DNA of 64,000 nucleotides from a virus, in IMG/VR virus record IMGVR_UViG_3300027754_005993, positions 32,001 through 96,000 of that record. One strand, given 5' to 3'. Both the position numbers and the translations under genes were made by a program. The notes under the pieces were generated by a model. That model saw nothing but the letters and a program-made list of their open reading frames with translations, ran no database searches and was not told the DNA's origin. Positions 28,742-38,013 of this stretch are shown here, piece by piece; position 1 is the stretch's first letter, and every line of letters starts with the position of its first letter.

Positions 28742-29953
28742 ATGCCAAGACCAAATATAAGTTTTAGAGTAAATGATGAATCTATGGTGGTTCCGATCAC
28801 TGAAGGATTTTCCACAACTATTGGTGCTGTATACAACCCAACACTCAGTATGAAATCGTTAGCAGGAAACACAAATGAAAGAGATCTAGGATACTATTTA
28901 GTACCTAATATTTCTGACTGGTATGGTCGGTTAACTGACTTTATCATCAGAACAGACGGTGGACTTTCAGCATCATCAGGAATCACATTTTATAGTCCTG
29001 GATATTGTGCTTCCACTTATCTAAATGGATTATATGCTGGCACTGGAATTTGTGGAGGATTCTCTGCGGAATGGTGGGCAATAAACAACTTTCTTCAATA
29101 CGGATCAGCCTGCTATGTTGGATTCGGAAATGGATTGGCAGGAGTAACAGCATTCTATAATATAGGATTTGATGTTATGTTTCAAGGAGCACCAGGAGGA
29201 CTTTATCCAACAGCAGTGACAACTGTAATTGATGTTAAGTCTAGCACAGATCAACCAGCAATTGGTGTTCTTGGCCTAACTTCTTCTGCTAACGCATTTA
29301 CTACAGCTCCAACTAAACCAGCAACAAATAAAGATTACACCATAGTCTATGGTGAAAAATTACATTTAGACACTACAGGGTTGTATACAATTGAAACTTC
29401 GCTTGCTCCAGATGTTGCTGGGTGTATAGTTCGCACAGATAGAGATTTTTATCCATGGTTCTCACCAGCTGGTGCTAGAAGAGGAAGAATCCTCAATGTT
29501 CTTCGTTTAAAGAGAGCACTTTCTCCAATTGAACAAGATATTCTCTACGATGCTGGAATTAATCCAGTTGTAACTTTTGCGGGAGAAGGAACAATTCTCT
29601 TTGGAGATAAGACAGGAGAACCTGCAACATCTTCGCTGTCGAGAATAAATGTTTCAAGACTGTACATGTACATCAAAAAGGCACTAGCACCAGTTGCTCG
29701 CTCTATACTTTTTGAGCAAAATGATGCTGTAACTCGCTCTGGGTTTAAGATTGCTGCCGAAGGATTCTTAGATAGAATTGTTGGACAACGAGGTATTACA
29801 GAGTATAGAGTAATTTGTGATCAGTCCAACAACACACCAGCAGTAGTTCAAGCAAATTACTTTGTTGCTGATATTTTAGTTAAACCAATTACTTCTATTA
29901 ATTATGTCAGAATAACCCTAACAAATAAAGATCTGTCAGCAGTATTACCATAA
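28742..29953 (+). CDS. gp18: Tail sheath protein gp18 (unusually short, 403 aa)
   Basis: PWFSPAGARRG; LYDAGINPV; LFGDKT; RINVSRL; FEQND; KPITSINYV. Confidence 0.92.
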   Translation: MPRPNISFRVNDESMVVPITEGFSTTIGAVYNPTLSMKSLAGNTNERDLGYYLVPNISDWYGRLTDFIIRTDGGLSASSGITFYSPGYCASTYLNGLYAGTGICGGFSAEWWAINNFLQYGSACYVGFGNGLAGVTAFYNIGFDVMFQGAPGGLYPTAVTTVIDVKSSTDQPAIGVLGLTSSANAFTTAPTKPATNKDYTIVYGEKLHLDTTGLYTIETSLAPDVAGCIVRTDRDFYPWFSPAGARRGRILNVLRLKRALSPIEQDILYDAGINPVVTFAGEGTILFGDKTGEPATSSLSRINVSRLYMYIKKALAPVARSILFEQNDAVTRSGFKIAAEGFLDRIVGQRGITEYRVICDQSNNTPAVVQANYFVADILVKPITSINYVRITLTNKDLSAVLP

Positions 29954-29975
29954 ATAGAAAAAGAGGTAAATTAGA

Positions 29976-30530
29976 ATGGCAAGTTTAAACGAATTCAGAA
30001 GTAACTTTTTTGGTGTAAGACCAAATCGTTTTATGGTCCAAGCGAATTGGCCATCGGGGGTTCCATCACCTCCAAATGTTAATGACCTCTTCATTTATGT
30101 TAAAGGTGCGGATTTACCAGGTTCTACCATAGGAACCATAAATGTCGCTTGGCAAGGCAGAGTAATTAAGTTCTCAGGTGAACGAAATTATTCCGATTGG
30201 GTTATAAATGTTTACGATTCCAATGTGCCAACAAAGGATCTAAGAACGGGATTTGAGCGTTGGATGGAAGTAATGGATGGTAGAAATACTCACCAAATTA
30301 ATTATAACTTGGTAAGTGACTGGATCATTCGTTATAGCGATGTAACAATTGGTGAACAATCTACTCCGTCAAACACTCAAAGTCCAAATAATTTTAATAA
30401 AGCAGTTAAATTGAAGAATTGTTTCCCAACAGATATTGGTCCAATTACATTGAACTATGATGTTGCCGATACATTCAGTGAATTTACAGTACAACTTGCG
30501 TATGATTATTGGGAACCAGTGGATTCGTGA
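29976..30530 (+). CDS. gp19: Tail tube protein gp19
   Basis: RPNRF; ADLPGSTIG; GR.IKFSGER; FPTDIGPITLNYD; EFTVQLAYDYW. Confidence 0.93.
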   Translation: MASLNEFRSNFFGVRPNRFMVQANWPSGVPSPPNVNDLFIYVKGADLPGSTIGTINVAWQGRVIKFSGERNYSDWVINVYDSNVPTKDLRTGFERWMEVMDGRNTHQINYNLVSDWIIRYSDVTIGEQSTPSNTQSPNNFNKAVKLKNCFPTDIGPITLNYDVADTFSEFTVQLAYDYWEPVDS

Positions 30531-30547
30531 TTTATAAGGATTAATAA

Positions 30548-32116
30548 ATGGCATTTGATATTTTTGGTTTTTCTTTTGGCAGAAAAGATGAGGGATTATT
30601 CCCAGATGGTGGGTTGACGGGTTCATCTCCGTCAACCCTATCTTTTACTGCACCTGAAAATTATGATGGAACGCAAGTACTTGAAACAGGTGGATTTATG
30701 TCCTCTGTTTATGACTTTGGCGGTTCTTTCATAGATGAAAATTCTTTGGTACGGCAATACCGTGGTATGTCGCTTTATCCAGAAGTTGATATGGCAATTG
30801 AAGATATAGTAACTCAAGCAATAACTTATGATAAGCAAAACATATCACTTAGATTAGATTTGAACAATACTGAATTGTCTGATAATATTAAATCCAAGAT
30901 TAATTTAGAATTTATCAATATTTTGAAACTGTTAGATTTTAAGAACAGAGGATATGATATTTTTAGAAGATGGTATGTGGATGGACGAGTATATTTTCAA
31001 AATATTATTGATATGGAACATCCAGAAAAAGGCATCCTTGAACTTAGAGCAATAGATCCTATAAAGATCAGAAAAATCAGAAAAGTTCAAAAGGAAATAA
31101 AAAGAGTAAACAATACTACTGTTCCTATTGTTAAGAAAGTGGAAGAATATTTTGTATATACTGATTTTGAAATGAGTTCTGTAGCAACTTCAGCAACATC
31201 AAATGTTGGTGTTAAGATTGAAGTTGATGCAATCACATACGCACATTCAGGATTGGTTGACCAGACCTCTAAGAGAATCGTAGGATTCTTACACAAGGCA
31301 ATTCGTCCATTGAACATGCTTCGTCAGACCGAAGATGCGATGGTCGTATATCGCCTCGCTCGCGCTCCAGAGCGTAGAGTGTTTTATATTGATGTAGGAA
31401 ATCTGCCTAAACAAAAGGCAGAAGAATACATTAAGACTCTGATGACTCGCTATCGTAATAAACTTACATACGATTCTGCTACAGGAGACATCAAGGATCA
31501 AAAAAACCATATGTCAATGTTAGAAGACTATTGGTTGCCTCGTAGAGAAGGTGGTAAGGGAACTGAGATTCAGACTCTTCCAGGTGGACAAAATCTTGGA
31601 GCAATGGAAGATGTTGAATATCTTCTGCGTAAGGTATACCGAGCACTCAATGTTCCACTGACCCGAATGGAAGTTCAAAGCGGATTCAATCTTGGTCGCA
31701 GCAGCGAAATCACAAGAGATGAAGTTAAATTCTATAAGTTCATAGAGCGTCTTCAGAATAAATTTAGCAATATGTTCATAGACATTCTCAAGAAGCAATG
31801 TATTCTTCGTGGAATTCTAACTCCAGAAGATTGGAAGAATATATATCAAGATATCAACATAGTTTATAGCAAGGATTCATATTTTACCGAACTCAAGGAA
31901 AATGAAATTCTTAATGAACGAGTTAATATGTTGAATGTCCTTGGAAATTATAATGGCATGTTCTTCTCAACGAATTATATTAGAAGAAACATTCTAAAGC
32001 AGACAGATGAAGAAATAGCAAAAATGGATATAGAAATTGAACAGGATAGACAAAAGCAGTTACAACAACAACTACAAATGCAGCAAATGGGTCTGGACCC
32101 ACAGCAAGAAAAATAA
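30548..32116 (+). CDS. gp20: Portal vertex protein gp20
   Basis: FRRWYVDGR; YRLARAPERRVFYIDVGNLPKQKAEEY; MLEDYWLPRREGGKGTEI. Confidence 0.97.
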   Translation: MAFDIFGFSFGRKDEGLFPDGGLTGSSPSTLSFTAPENYDGTQVLETGGFMSSVYDFGGSFIDENSLVRQYRGMSLYPEVDMAIEDIVTQAITYDKQNISLRLDLNNTELSDNIKSKINLEFINILKLLDFKNRGYDIFRRWYVDGRVYFQNIIDMEHPEKGILELRAIDPIKIRKIRKVQKEIKRVNNTTVPIVKKVEEYFVYTDFEMSSVATSATSNVGVKIEVDAITYAHSGLVDQTSKRIVGFLHKAIRPLNMLRQTEDAMVVYRLARAPERRVFYIDVGNLPKQKAEEYIKTLMTRYRNKLTYDSATGDIKDQKNHMSMLEDYWLPRREGGKGTEIQTLPGGQNLGAMEDVEYLLRKVYRALNVPLTRMEVQSGFNLGRSSEITRDEVKFYKFIERLQNKFSNMFIDILKKQCILRGILTPEDWKNIYQDINIVYSKDSYFTELKENEILNERVNMLNVLGNYNGMFFSTNYIRRNILKQTDEEIAKMDIEIEQDRQKQLQQQLQMQQMGLDPQQEK

Positions 32117-32142
32117 AATAATATATAAATTAGGAGAACCCC

Positions 32143-32667
32143 ATGTCAAATAGCAAACAAATTATAGAATCACTTTTTGCCGACGATCTATACACAGCAA
32201 AAAAAGCAATCACCGAAGTACTCACTAGTAAAATGGCACAAGCATTAGAAGAAAAATTAATTGATTTTGCGCCAGAAGTTTTCAATGAAAGCTCAAAACC
32301 AGATTTCCTTGATCTTGATAGAGATGGAAATAAAACAGAACCCATGAGAAAAGCAGCCAGGGATAAAAAGAAAGTGGGTAAAAGAGTCAATATGAAAGAA
32401 GATATTGAAGATCTTGCTGAAGATTTTGAAAATCAACTTAAGTCATTAGTTGAAGAAATTGAAGAAGAAACTGGTGAACAATTATCTGAAGAAGAAATTA
32501 TTGATATTGCTAATATGCTTATTGATATGATCGCTGAAGATCATGTTGATGGTGACGAAGATCACGACGATGATGAAGACGATGACGACGATGATGATGA
32601 CGAAGACAATGACGAAGACCAACCAACTGCAACCAATTATCGTCTTGGGACTAATTCCGAGTATTGA
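32143..32667 (+). CDS. Prohead core protein (gp67/gp68-position), highly acidic
   Basis: Lies between gp20 and gp21; many L/I-x-E motifs; poly-Asp tail; DLDRDGN motif. Confidence 0.6.
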   Translation: MSNSKQIIESLFADDLYTAKKAITEVLTSKMAQALEEKLIDFAPEVFNESSKPDFLDLDRDGNKTEPMRKAARDKKKVGKRVNMKEDIEDLAEDFENQLKSLVEEIEEETGEQLSEEEIIDIANMLIDMIAEDHVDGDEDHDDDEDDDDDDDDEDNDEDQPTATNYRLGTNSEY

Positions 32668-32686
32668 ATAATTCAGAAAGACTTCC

Positions 32687-33331
32687 ATGAAACTAATCAC
32701 AGAAACCGTAGAAGATGTAGAATCCATCGTTGAATCCAACGAAGCGGGTGCTAAGACATATAAGATTCGTGGGGTCATGATGGAAAGTGATACCCAAAAT
32801 AGAAATGGTCGTATCTATGAAAATAGAATATTAATCAAAGAAACTAGACGATATGTTATAGAATATGTAAATAAAAATAGAGCAATGGGTGAATTAAATC
32901 ATCCATCTGGTCCAACTGTCAATCTTGATCGCGTTTCCCACATGATTGAATCCCTTAAGGAAAATGGAAAACAGATAATCGGGGAAGCAAAGATTATTGA
33001 TACTCCAATGGGAAATATTGTTAAGAATCTAATTGATGCTGGTGCTAAACTAGGGGTATCTTCTAGAGGCATGGGAAGTTTGGAAAAACGCAATGGTGTA
33101 AATTATGTTAAGGAAGACTTTACTCTCGCAGCAATAGATATTGTTGCGGATCCATCAGCACCAAATGCGTTTGTAGATGGCATTCTTGAGGGTAAGGAAT
33201 GGATCTGGAACAATGGAATTTTAATTGAATCTGATATTGCCCATTACGAAAAACAATTAAAAAGAACATCAAATCGTAAACTAGAAGAAACTGCTATAAA
33301 CTTATTTTCTGATTTTCTGAGAAGAATATGA
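32687..33331 (+). CDS. gp21: Prohead protease gp21
   Basis: MKLITE; NRNGRIY; AMGELNHP; LGVSSRGMGSL; DIVADPSAPNAFV. Confidence 0.97.
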   Translation: MKLITETVEDVESIVESNEAGAKTYKIRGVMMESDTQNRNGRIYENRILIKETRRYVIEYVNKNRAMGELNHPSGPTVNLDRVSHMIESLKENGKQIIGEAKIIDTPMGNIVKNLIDAGAKLGVSSRGMGSLEKRNGVNYVKEDFTLAAIDIVADPSAPNAFVDGILEGKEWIWNNGILIESDIAHYEKQLKRTSNRKLEETAINLFSDFLRRI

Positions 33332-34251
33332 ATAATAATAAAAAACTATTATCGGAAGAAGCAATATCTGCAATAAGATCTAGAATTCCTACTATGTCAA
33401 AGGACATTCATGAAGGAATAGTCAGTGATATTGCGGGTCTTGCCAGAGTTGCAGGAAGTGCAGTCGCAGCAGGTGCTAGAGTTGGAGCAGATGCGCTTGC
33501 TAGAGGTACTGGAACTGTAGCAGACGCTGCATTGAGAGGCACTAGAACTGTAGCAGACGCTGCATTAAGAGGTACTGCGGTTGGAGCAGCTGCGGTTGGT
33601 AGAGGCACTAGAACTGTAGCAGACGCTGCATTAAGAGGTACTGCGGTTGGAGCAGCTGCGGTTGGTAGAGGCACTAGAACTGTAGCAGACGCTGCATTAA
33701 GAGGCACTAGGGTTGGAGCAGCTGCGGTTGGTAGAGGCACTAGGGTTGGAGCAAGAGGTGCATGGAGAGGCACTAAGGCTGTAGCTAGAGTTGTTGGCAA
33801 AGATATTGCTAAAGATATAATTTGGGGTGGTATTAAGGCAGGAGCAGCAGAACAGGCTGCTATCGTTGCAGCACACACACATCAAGAATTAAATAGACAT
33901 CAGCATATTCTTGAACAAACTTATGCTCAAAGACTGGGAATGAGTCATGCAGCTCTACGAAATATATTGGCAAATGCTCCAGATCAACAACCAATTGCTC
34001 CAAATTTATTCATTCCTTTGCCGCGCGGAGTAAGTGCCAGAGATTTGAAAACGGATTTTGATCAAAAGCGTAGTTTATGGAATGCCAAAGTAGATTTATC
34101 TCATTCAATTGCTGGTATTCACGCAGCAGATCCAGAGTTACGACGAACAGCAAATTTTGTAAATGCATCGCGACGATCATTAGCACGAACAGCAAATATA
34201 CAACACCAGGAACCTTGGTGGACAAATCCACAGGCATATAACAGAGTATGA
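33328..34251 (+). CDS. Ala/Arg/Gly-rich 11-residue-repeat protein, putative internal head protein
   Basis: Inserted between gp21 and gp22; repeats TRTVADAALRG / TAVGAAAVGRG; LSE and IHE putative gp21 cleavage motifs. Confidence 0.5.
   Translation: MNNNKKLLSEEAISAIRSRIPTMSKDIHEGIVSDIAGLARVAGSAVAAGARVGADALARGTGTVADAALRGTRTVADAALRGTAVGAAAVGRGTRTVADAALRGTAVGAAAVGRGTRTVADAALRGTRVGAAAVGRGTRVGARGAWRGTKAVARVVGKDIAKDIIWGGIKAGAAEQAAIVAAHTHQELNRHQHILEQTYAQRLGMSHAALRNILANAPDQQPIAPNLFIPLPRGVSARDLKTDFDQKRSLWNAKVDLSHSIAGIHAADPELRRTANFVNASRRSLARTANIQHQEPWWTNPQAYNRV
33502..33775 (+). repeat. 33/66-bp coding tandem repeat
   Basis: 66-bp unit identical at 33535-33600 and 33601-33666, near-identical at 33667-33732; degenerate 33-bp flanks. 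Confidence 0.92.
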
Positions 34252-34282
34252 TAAAACAAAAAATACTTAAAAACAGAAATCT

Positions 34283-34327
34283 TCTAAATAGACAAATAGA
34301 CAGTGTAAATATTAATTCATCTAAATA
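34283..34327 (+). promoter_or_regulatory. Cluster of late-promoter-like TAAATA boxes upstream of gp22
   Basis: tcTAAATA 34283-90, tgTAAATA 34304-11, tcTAAATA 34320-27. Confidence 0.5.
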
Positions 34328-34339
34328 CTTTTAAACAAT

Positions 34340-35365
34340 ATGGAGAACCACATGGCAGATAATAACCCATACGCAGAATACTCATCAACAAAACTTTATA
34401 TGGACGCTACTGGAAAGGGAGCAAAGATAGCAGAACCTATTGCTAATCCAGCAAACTCAGCAGTCGCAAGACACACAGGAGCCCCTATGACTGGAGCAGC
34501 AAATCAATTACAAGACGATTATCTTGAAAGTTTGTTCAATGGTGAAAACTTAAGTGAAGAATTCAAACTTAAGGCAGAAACCATTTTTCAAGCAGCAATC
34601 AATGAAAAAGTTGCTATAATTGAAAATAACATCCTTGACGCAGCAAAAGAAATAATTCAAGAAAACGCACAGAATCAACAAAACTCACTCGTTGAGCATG
34701 TTGACGGTTATCTTAATTATGTAATTTCTGAGTGGATGGAAGAAAACAAAATAGCAATTGAACGCGGTCTTCGCACTGAAATTGCTGAAAACTTCATTCA
34801 TGGACTTAAGTCATTGTTTGAAACTTCATTCATTGATGTTCCAGCAGAGAAGTATAATATTCTTGATGATCTCTATGAAGCAAATGAAGAACTTCAGAAG
34901 AATGCTAACAATTTGATAAAAGAAAATATTCAACTCAAAAATGAGATCACTGCTCGTCTTTGTGCTGAAGCATTTATGGAAGAAGCAGCAGGACTTGCTG
35001 ACACTCAAATTGAAAAACTTGCTAAACTTTCAGAAGGAATTGAATTTACAAATGTAAATCATTACCGTGAAAAAGTTTCATTGTTGAAAGAATCGTATTT
35101 TGGTCAAAGAATGTCTTCAACACCAGAAACCACCTACTATACACCACAATCAGCAGGACAAATGTTGACTGAAGATTCATCCTATGTTTCTGCGGAAACA
35201 TCAGATTCAGCAATGAATAATATCGTTAACGCCATCACAGCAATTAACAAGAATAGACCAGCAAGACCCGCACTTAAGTCATTAAGTGATTCACTAGTAA
35301 ATACTCGTATCCAATCAATCATGAACCCAAATATGGGTCTGTCCCCCAAGGACAATTTGTTCTAA
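34340..35365 (+). CDS. gp22: Prohead scaffolding protein gp22
   Basis: LSEEFKLKAETIFQAA; VDGYLNYV..EWMEEN.IAIERGLRTEIAENF..GLK.LF; LKESYF (start may be ATG 34352). Confidence 0.93.
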   Translation: MENHMADNNPYAEYSSTKLYMDATGKGAKIAEPIANPANSAVARHTGAPMTGAANQLQDDYLESLFNGENLSEEFKLKAETIFQAAINEKVAIIENNILDAAKEIIQENAQNQQNSLVEHVDGYLNYVISEWMEENKIAIERGLRTEIAENFIHGLKSLFETSFIDVPAEKYNILDDLYEANEELQKNANNLIKENIQLKNEITARLCAEAFMEEAAGLADTQIEKLAKLSEGIEFTNVNHYREKVSLLKESYFGQRMSSTPETTYYTPQSAGQMLTEDSSYVSAETSDSAMNNIVNAITAINKNRPARPALKSLSDSLVNTRIQSIMNPNMGLSPKDNLF

Positions 35366-35377
35366 AATTTTTAAAAA

Positions 35378-35385
35378 ACTAAATA
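35378..35385 (+). promoter_or_regulatory. Late-promoter-like box (acTAAATA) upstream of gp23
   Basis: TAAATA core in the intergenic gap, before SD aggaga. Confidence 0.5.
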
Positions 35386-35411
35386 CTAAAAAGGAAATAG
35401 GAGAGAAAAAC

Positions 35412-36899
35412 ATGTCAAATGAATTCAATCAAAGTACCGCAGCAGATCTTCTTGTTGAAAAATGGGCTCCAGTTTTGGACCACGAATCTTTACCAACAAT
35501 CGGAGATGCCCATAAGCGTAGAGTAACGGCAATTCTTCTTGAAAACCAAATCAAGGCAATGTCTGAAGAAAGAGTAACAGGTAACACTAGTCTCTTTGAA
35601 AATACAATGGGACCAGTCGGTATGGGTGGTAATTTTACCACAGGTCAAGTTGGCGCAGCAGGTAACTTTGCTGGATACGATCCAGTAATGATTTCACTTG
35701 TTCGTCGCGCAATGCCGAATGTTGTCGCCTACGATATTGCAGGCGTTCAACCGATGAGTGCTCCAACAGGACTCATCTTTGCAATGCGTGCTCGTTACGG
35801 CAATGATTCTGGTGGTTATACACAAGGAACCGAAGCACTCTTTGACGAACCATGGGCTAAATTCTCTGGTGTATGTGGTGCATCTGGTCCTGGTGGAGCT
35901 GGATATGCAAGTATTCTCGCTGGGTCATCCGCTGGTGTTCTTAGTGGTGTTCTTGGGACCGCAGGTGCTACATATATCACTCGTGTTGATCCCTTCACAG
36001 CATTCCGTGGAATGTTGACCTCAACTGCTGAAACTCTCGGTGCGTCTCCATCAACAACGGATTTCCGTGAAATGGCATTCAGCATTGAGCGTGTCGCAGT
36101 ACAAGCTCGTTCACGCGCTCTGAAAGCAGAATATACCACAGAACTTGCACAAGATCTTCGTGCAGTTCACGGTCTTGATGCCGAAGCAGAACTCGCTAAT
36201 ATTCTCTCAGTTGAAATCATGAATGAAATCAACCGCGAAATTCTCCGAGCAATGTATTTTGTTGCTAAGACAGGTTGCGTAAATGACGATCTTGCTGGTT
36301 ATGGATCAGTTGCTACACCAGCTGGCGGCGTATATGATCTTATCCAAGATTCTGACGGTCGTTGGTCAGCAGAACGCTATCGTGGTTTGATGTTCCAAAT
36401 TGAACGCGAAGCAAATCAAATTGCTAAGGATACTCGTAGAGGTAAGGGTAACTTCATCGTATGCAGTGCAGATGTTGCATCAGCACTTGCAATGGGTGGA
36501 TTCCTTAATCTCTCACCAGCACTCAATGTTGATATGCAAGTAGATGATACTGGTAATGTCTTCGCTGGTGTTCTTAACAATAAGTTTAAGGTATTCATTG
36601 ATCCATTCGTTGCCAACAATGTCAACTTTATCACTGTTGGATACAAGGGAACCTCACCATATGACGCAGGATTCTTCTACTGCCCATATGTTCCACTACA
36701 AATGGTCCGTGCTGTTGGCCAAGACACCTTCCAACCGAAGATTGGTTTCAAGACTCGTTACGGTCTTGTCGCCAATCCGTTCGCTCAAGGTCGCGATGCA
36801 TTTACATCAACACAACTTGGCAACGATGGTCTAGTTGCATCTACAAATGCATACTTCCGCCTCTTCGCAGTCAAGAATCTCCACGGCAATACCGCCTGA
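35412..36899 (+). CDS. gp23: Major capsid protein gp23
   Basis: KWAPVL; LVRRAMP; GVQPMSAPTGLIFAMR; SRALKAEYTTELAQDLRAVHGLDAEAEL; FQPKIGFKTRYG. Confidence 0.98.
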   Translation: MSNEFNQSTAADLLVEKWAPVLDHESLPTIGDAHKRRVTAILLENQIKAMSEERVTGNTSLFENTMGPVGMGGNFTTGQVGAAGNFAGYDPVMISLVRRAMPNVVAYDIAGVQPMSAPTGLIFAMRARYGNDSGGYTQGTEALFDEPWAKFSGVCGASGPGGAGYASILAGSSAGVLSGVLGTAGATYITRVDPFTAFRGMLTSTAETLGASPSTTDFREMAFSIERVAVQARSRALKAEYTTELAQDLRAVHGLDAEAELANILSVEIMNEINREILRAMYFVAKTGCVNDDLAGYGSVATPAGGVYDLIQDSDGRWSAERYRGLMFQIEREANQIAKDTRRGKGNFIVCSADVASALAMGGFLNLSPALNVDMQVDDTGNVFAGVLNNKFKVFIDPFVANNVNFITVGYKGTSPYDAGFFYCPYVPLQMVRAVGQDTFQPKIGFKTRYGLVANPFAQGRDAFTSTQLGNDGLVASTNAYFRLFAVKNLHGNTA

Positions 36900-36918
36900 T
36901 AGAGATCAGTAAATAATT

Positions 36919-36957
36919 AAGAAGACCCAGGGATGAAAGTCCCTGGGTTTTTCTTTT
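36919..36957 (+). terminator. Rho-independent terminator after gp23
   Basis: ACCCAGGGA-tgaaag-TCCCTGGGT followed by TTTTCTTTT. Confidence 0.9.
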
Positions 36958-36964
36958 ATAAATA
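36957..36964 (+). promoter_or_regulatory. T4-type late promoter (gp3)
   Basis: TATAAATA overlapping the terminator U-tract, 5 nt before ATG 36970. Confidence 0.65.
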
Positions 36965-36969
36965 CTAGT

Positions 36970-37560
36970 ATGCCAAACAACAATCAGCAGATAATCCGAG
37001 ATAATGTTCCAGCGAGCATTTTAAAAGATTTGCCTGGAGATATGTTATTTGAAAATAACTTTCAACCAACAACAAATAATACTTTAACAAATAATAAGTT
37101 TAGATTTGTTATGACTCGTTGCCCAACTATGACATATTTTTGCCAAAGAGCAAATGTGCCATCATTGAGTTTTGGAACAAGTATTCAATCAAATCCAACT
37201 GGTGTGACAATCAAAAGACCAGGAACCTCCTATGTCTATGAGGATCTACAAATAGGGTTTTCTGTTGATGAAAATATGAAAAATTGGTTAGAAATTCACA
37301 ACTGGATAAAGGATCTTGGTGTATCGTACAATAGCGCAACTGAAGTTTTAAATGAACATCAAAAGGTAGCAAGCGCATATTTACTTGTATTAAATAGTGC
37401 GTATAGACCAATGATTTCTTTTACATTTAAAAATGTATATCCAACATTTCTAAGTGGTATTGATTTTGATTCATCATTAGCAGATACCGACACAATCATA
37501 GCAACCGCAACATTTTCGTACACTCACTATGAAGTGAATGTATTCACAAGCGAACCTTAA
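36970..37560 (+). CDS. gp3: Tail completion / tube terminator gp3-like
   Basis: FRF...P...YFCQRANVPSLS; PG....YEDL...F.VDENMKNWLEIHNW; ATATFSY. Confidence 0.88.
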   Translation: MPNNNQQIIRDNVPASILKDLPGDMLFENNFQPTTNNTLTNNKFRFVMTRCPTMTYFCQRANVPSLSFGTSIQSNPTGVTIKRPGTSYVYEDLQIGFSVDENMKNWLEIHNWIKDLGVSYNSATEVLNEHQKVASAYLLVLNSAYRPMISFTFKNVYPTFLSGIDFDSSLADTDTIIATATFSYTHYEVNVFTSEP

Positions 37561-37571
37561 TCCCCTATACT
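37543..37571 (+). promoter_or_regulatory. Possible sigma70-type promoter for uvsY
   Basis: TTCACA-17 bp-TATACT. Confidence 0.4.
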
Positions 37572-37578
37572 TTACATT

Positions 37579-38013
37579 ATGAACATTGACCAAATAAAAG
37601 CACAAGCGGAACTTGATACTGTAATTGATGTCAACCACCTAGACGAAGAGTCTACGAAGGTTCCTCAGATTCACAATAAATATCTTTGTATTCTTATGGA
37701 TGAGAAACTCGTTCTTGAAAACTTTGAATCTAAACTCAAAGTACTCAAGCGTGATAAATGGTTATATTACTCTGGCAAATTGTCAGAAGAAGAACTAAAG
37801 AAGAAAGGTTGGGAACCATTTGGTCTTAACATTCTTAAGCAAGATCTTGATCGGTTCATTGACAGCGATTCTGAAGTCATTAACCTTTCAAATAAAGTAT
37901 TTCTTCAAAAAGAAAAAGTAATATACATTGAAAGTGTCATCAAGATCATTTCAAACAAAATGTGGAATATTCGTTCAGCCATTGAATGGATTAAGTTTAC
38001 CCAAGGCGTATGA
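37579..38013 (+). CDS. uvsY: Recombination mediator UvsY
   Basis: LDEES.KVP.IHNKYL; KWLYYSGK; IRSAIEW.KF..G. Confidence 0.9.
   Translation: MNIDQIKAQAELDTVIDVNHLDEESTKVPQIHNKYLCILMDEKLVLENFESKLKVLKRDKWLYYSGKLSEEELKKKGWEPFGLNILKQDLDRFIDSDSEVINLSNKVFLQKEKVIYIESVIKIISNKMWNIRSAIEWIKFTQGV

Noticed and set aside
33502-33775. 33/66-bp repeats as a CRISPR array
   Set aside because: Head-to-tail with no unique spacers, in frame within an ORF, and no cas genes
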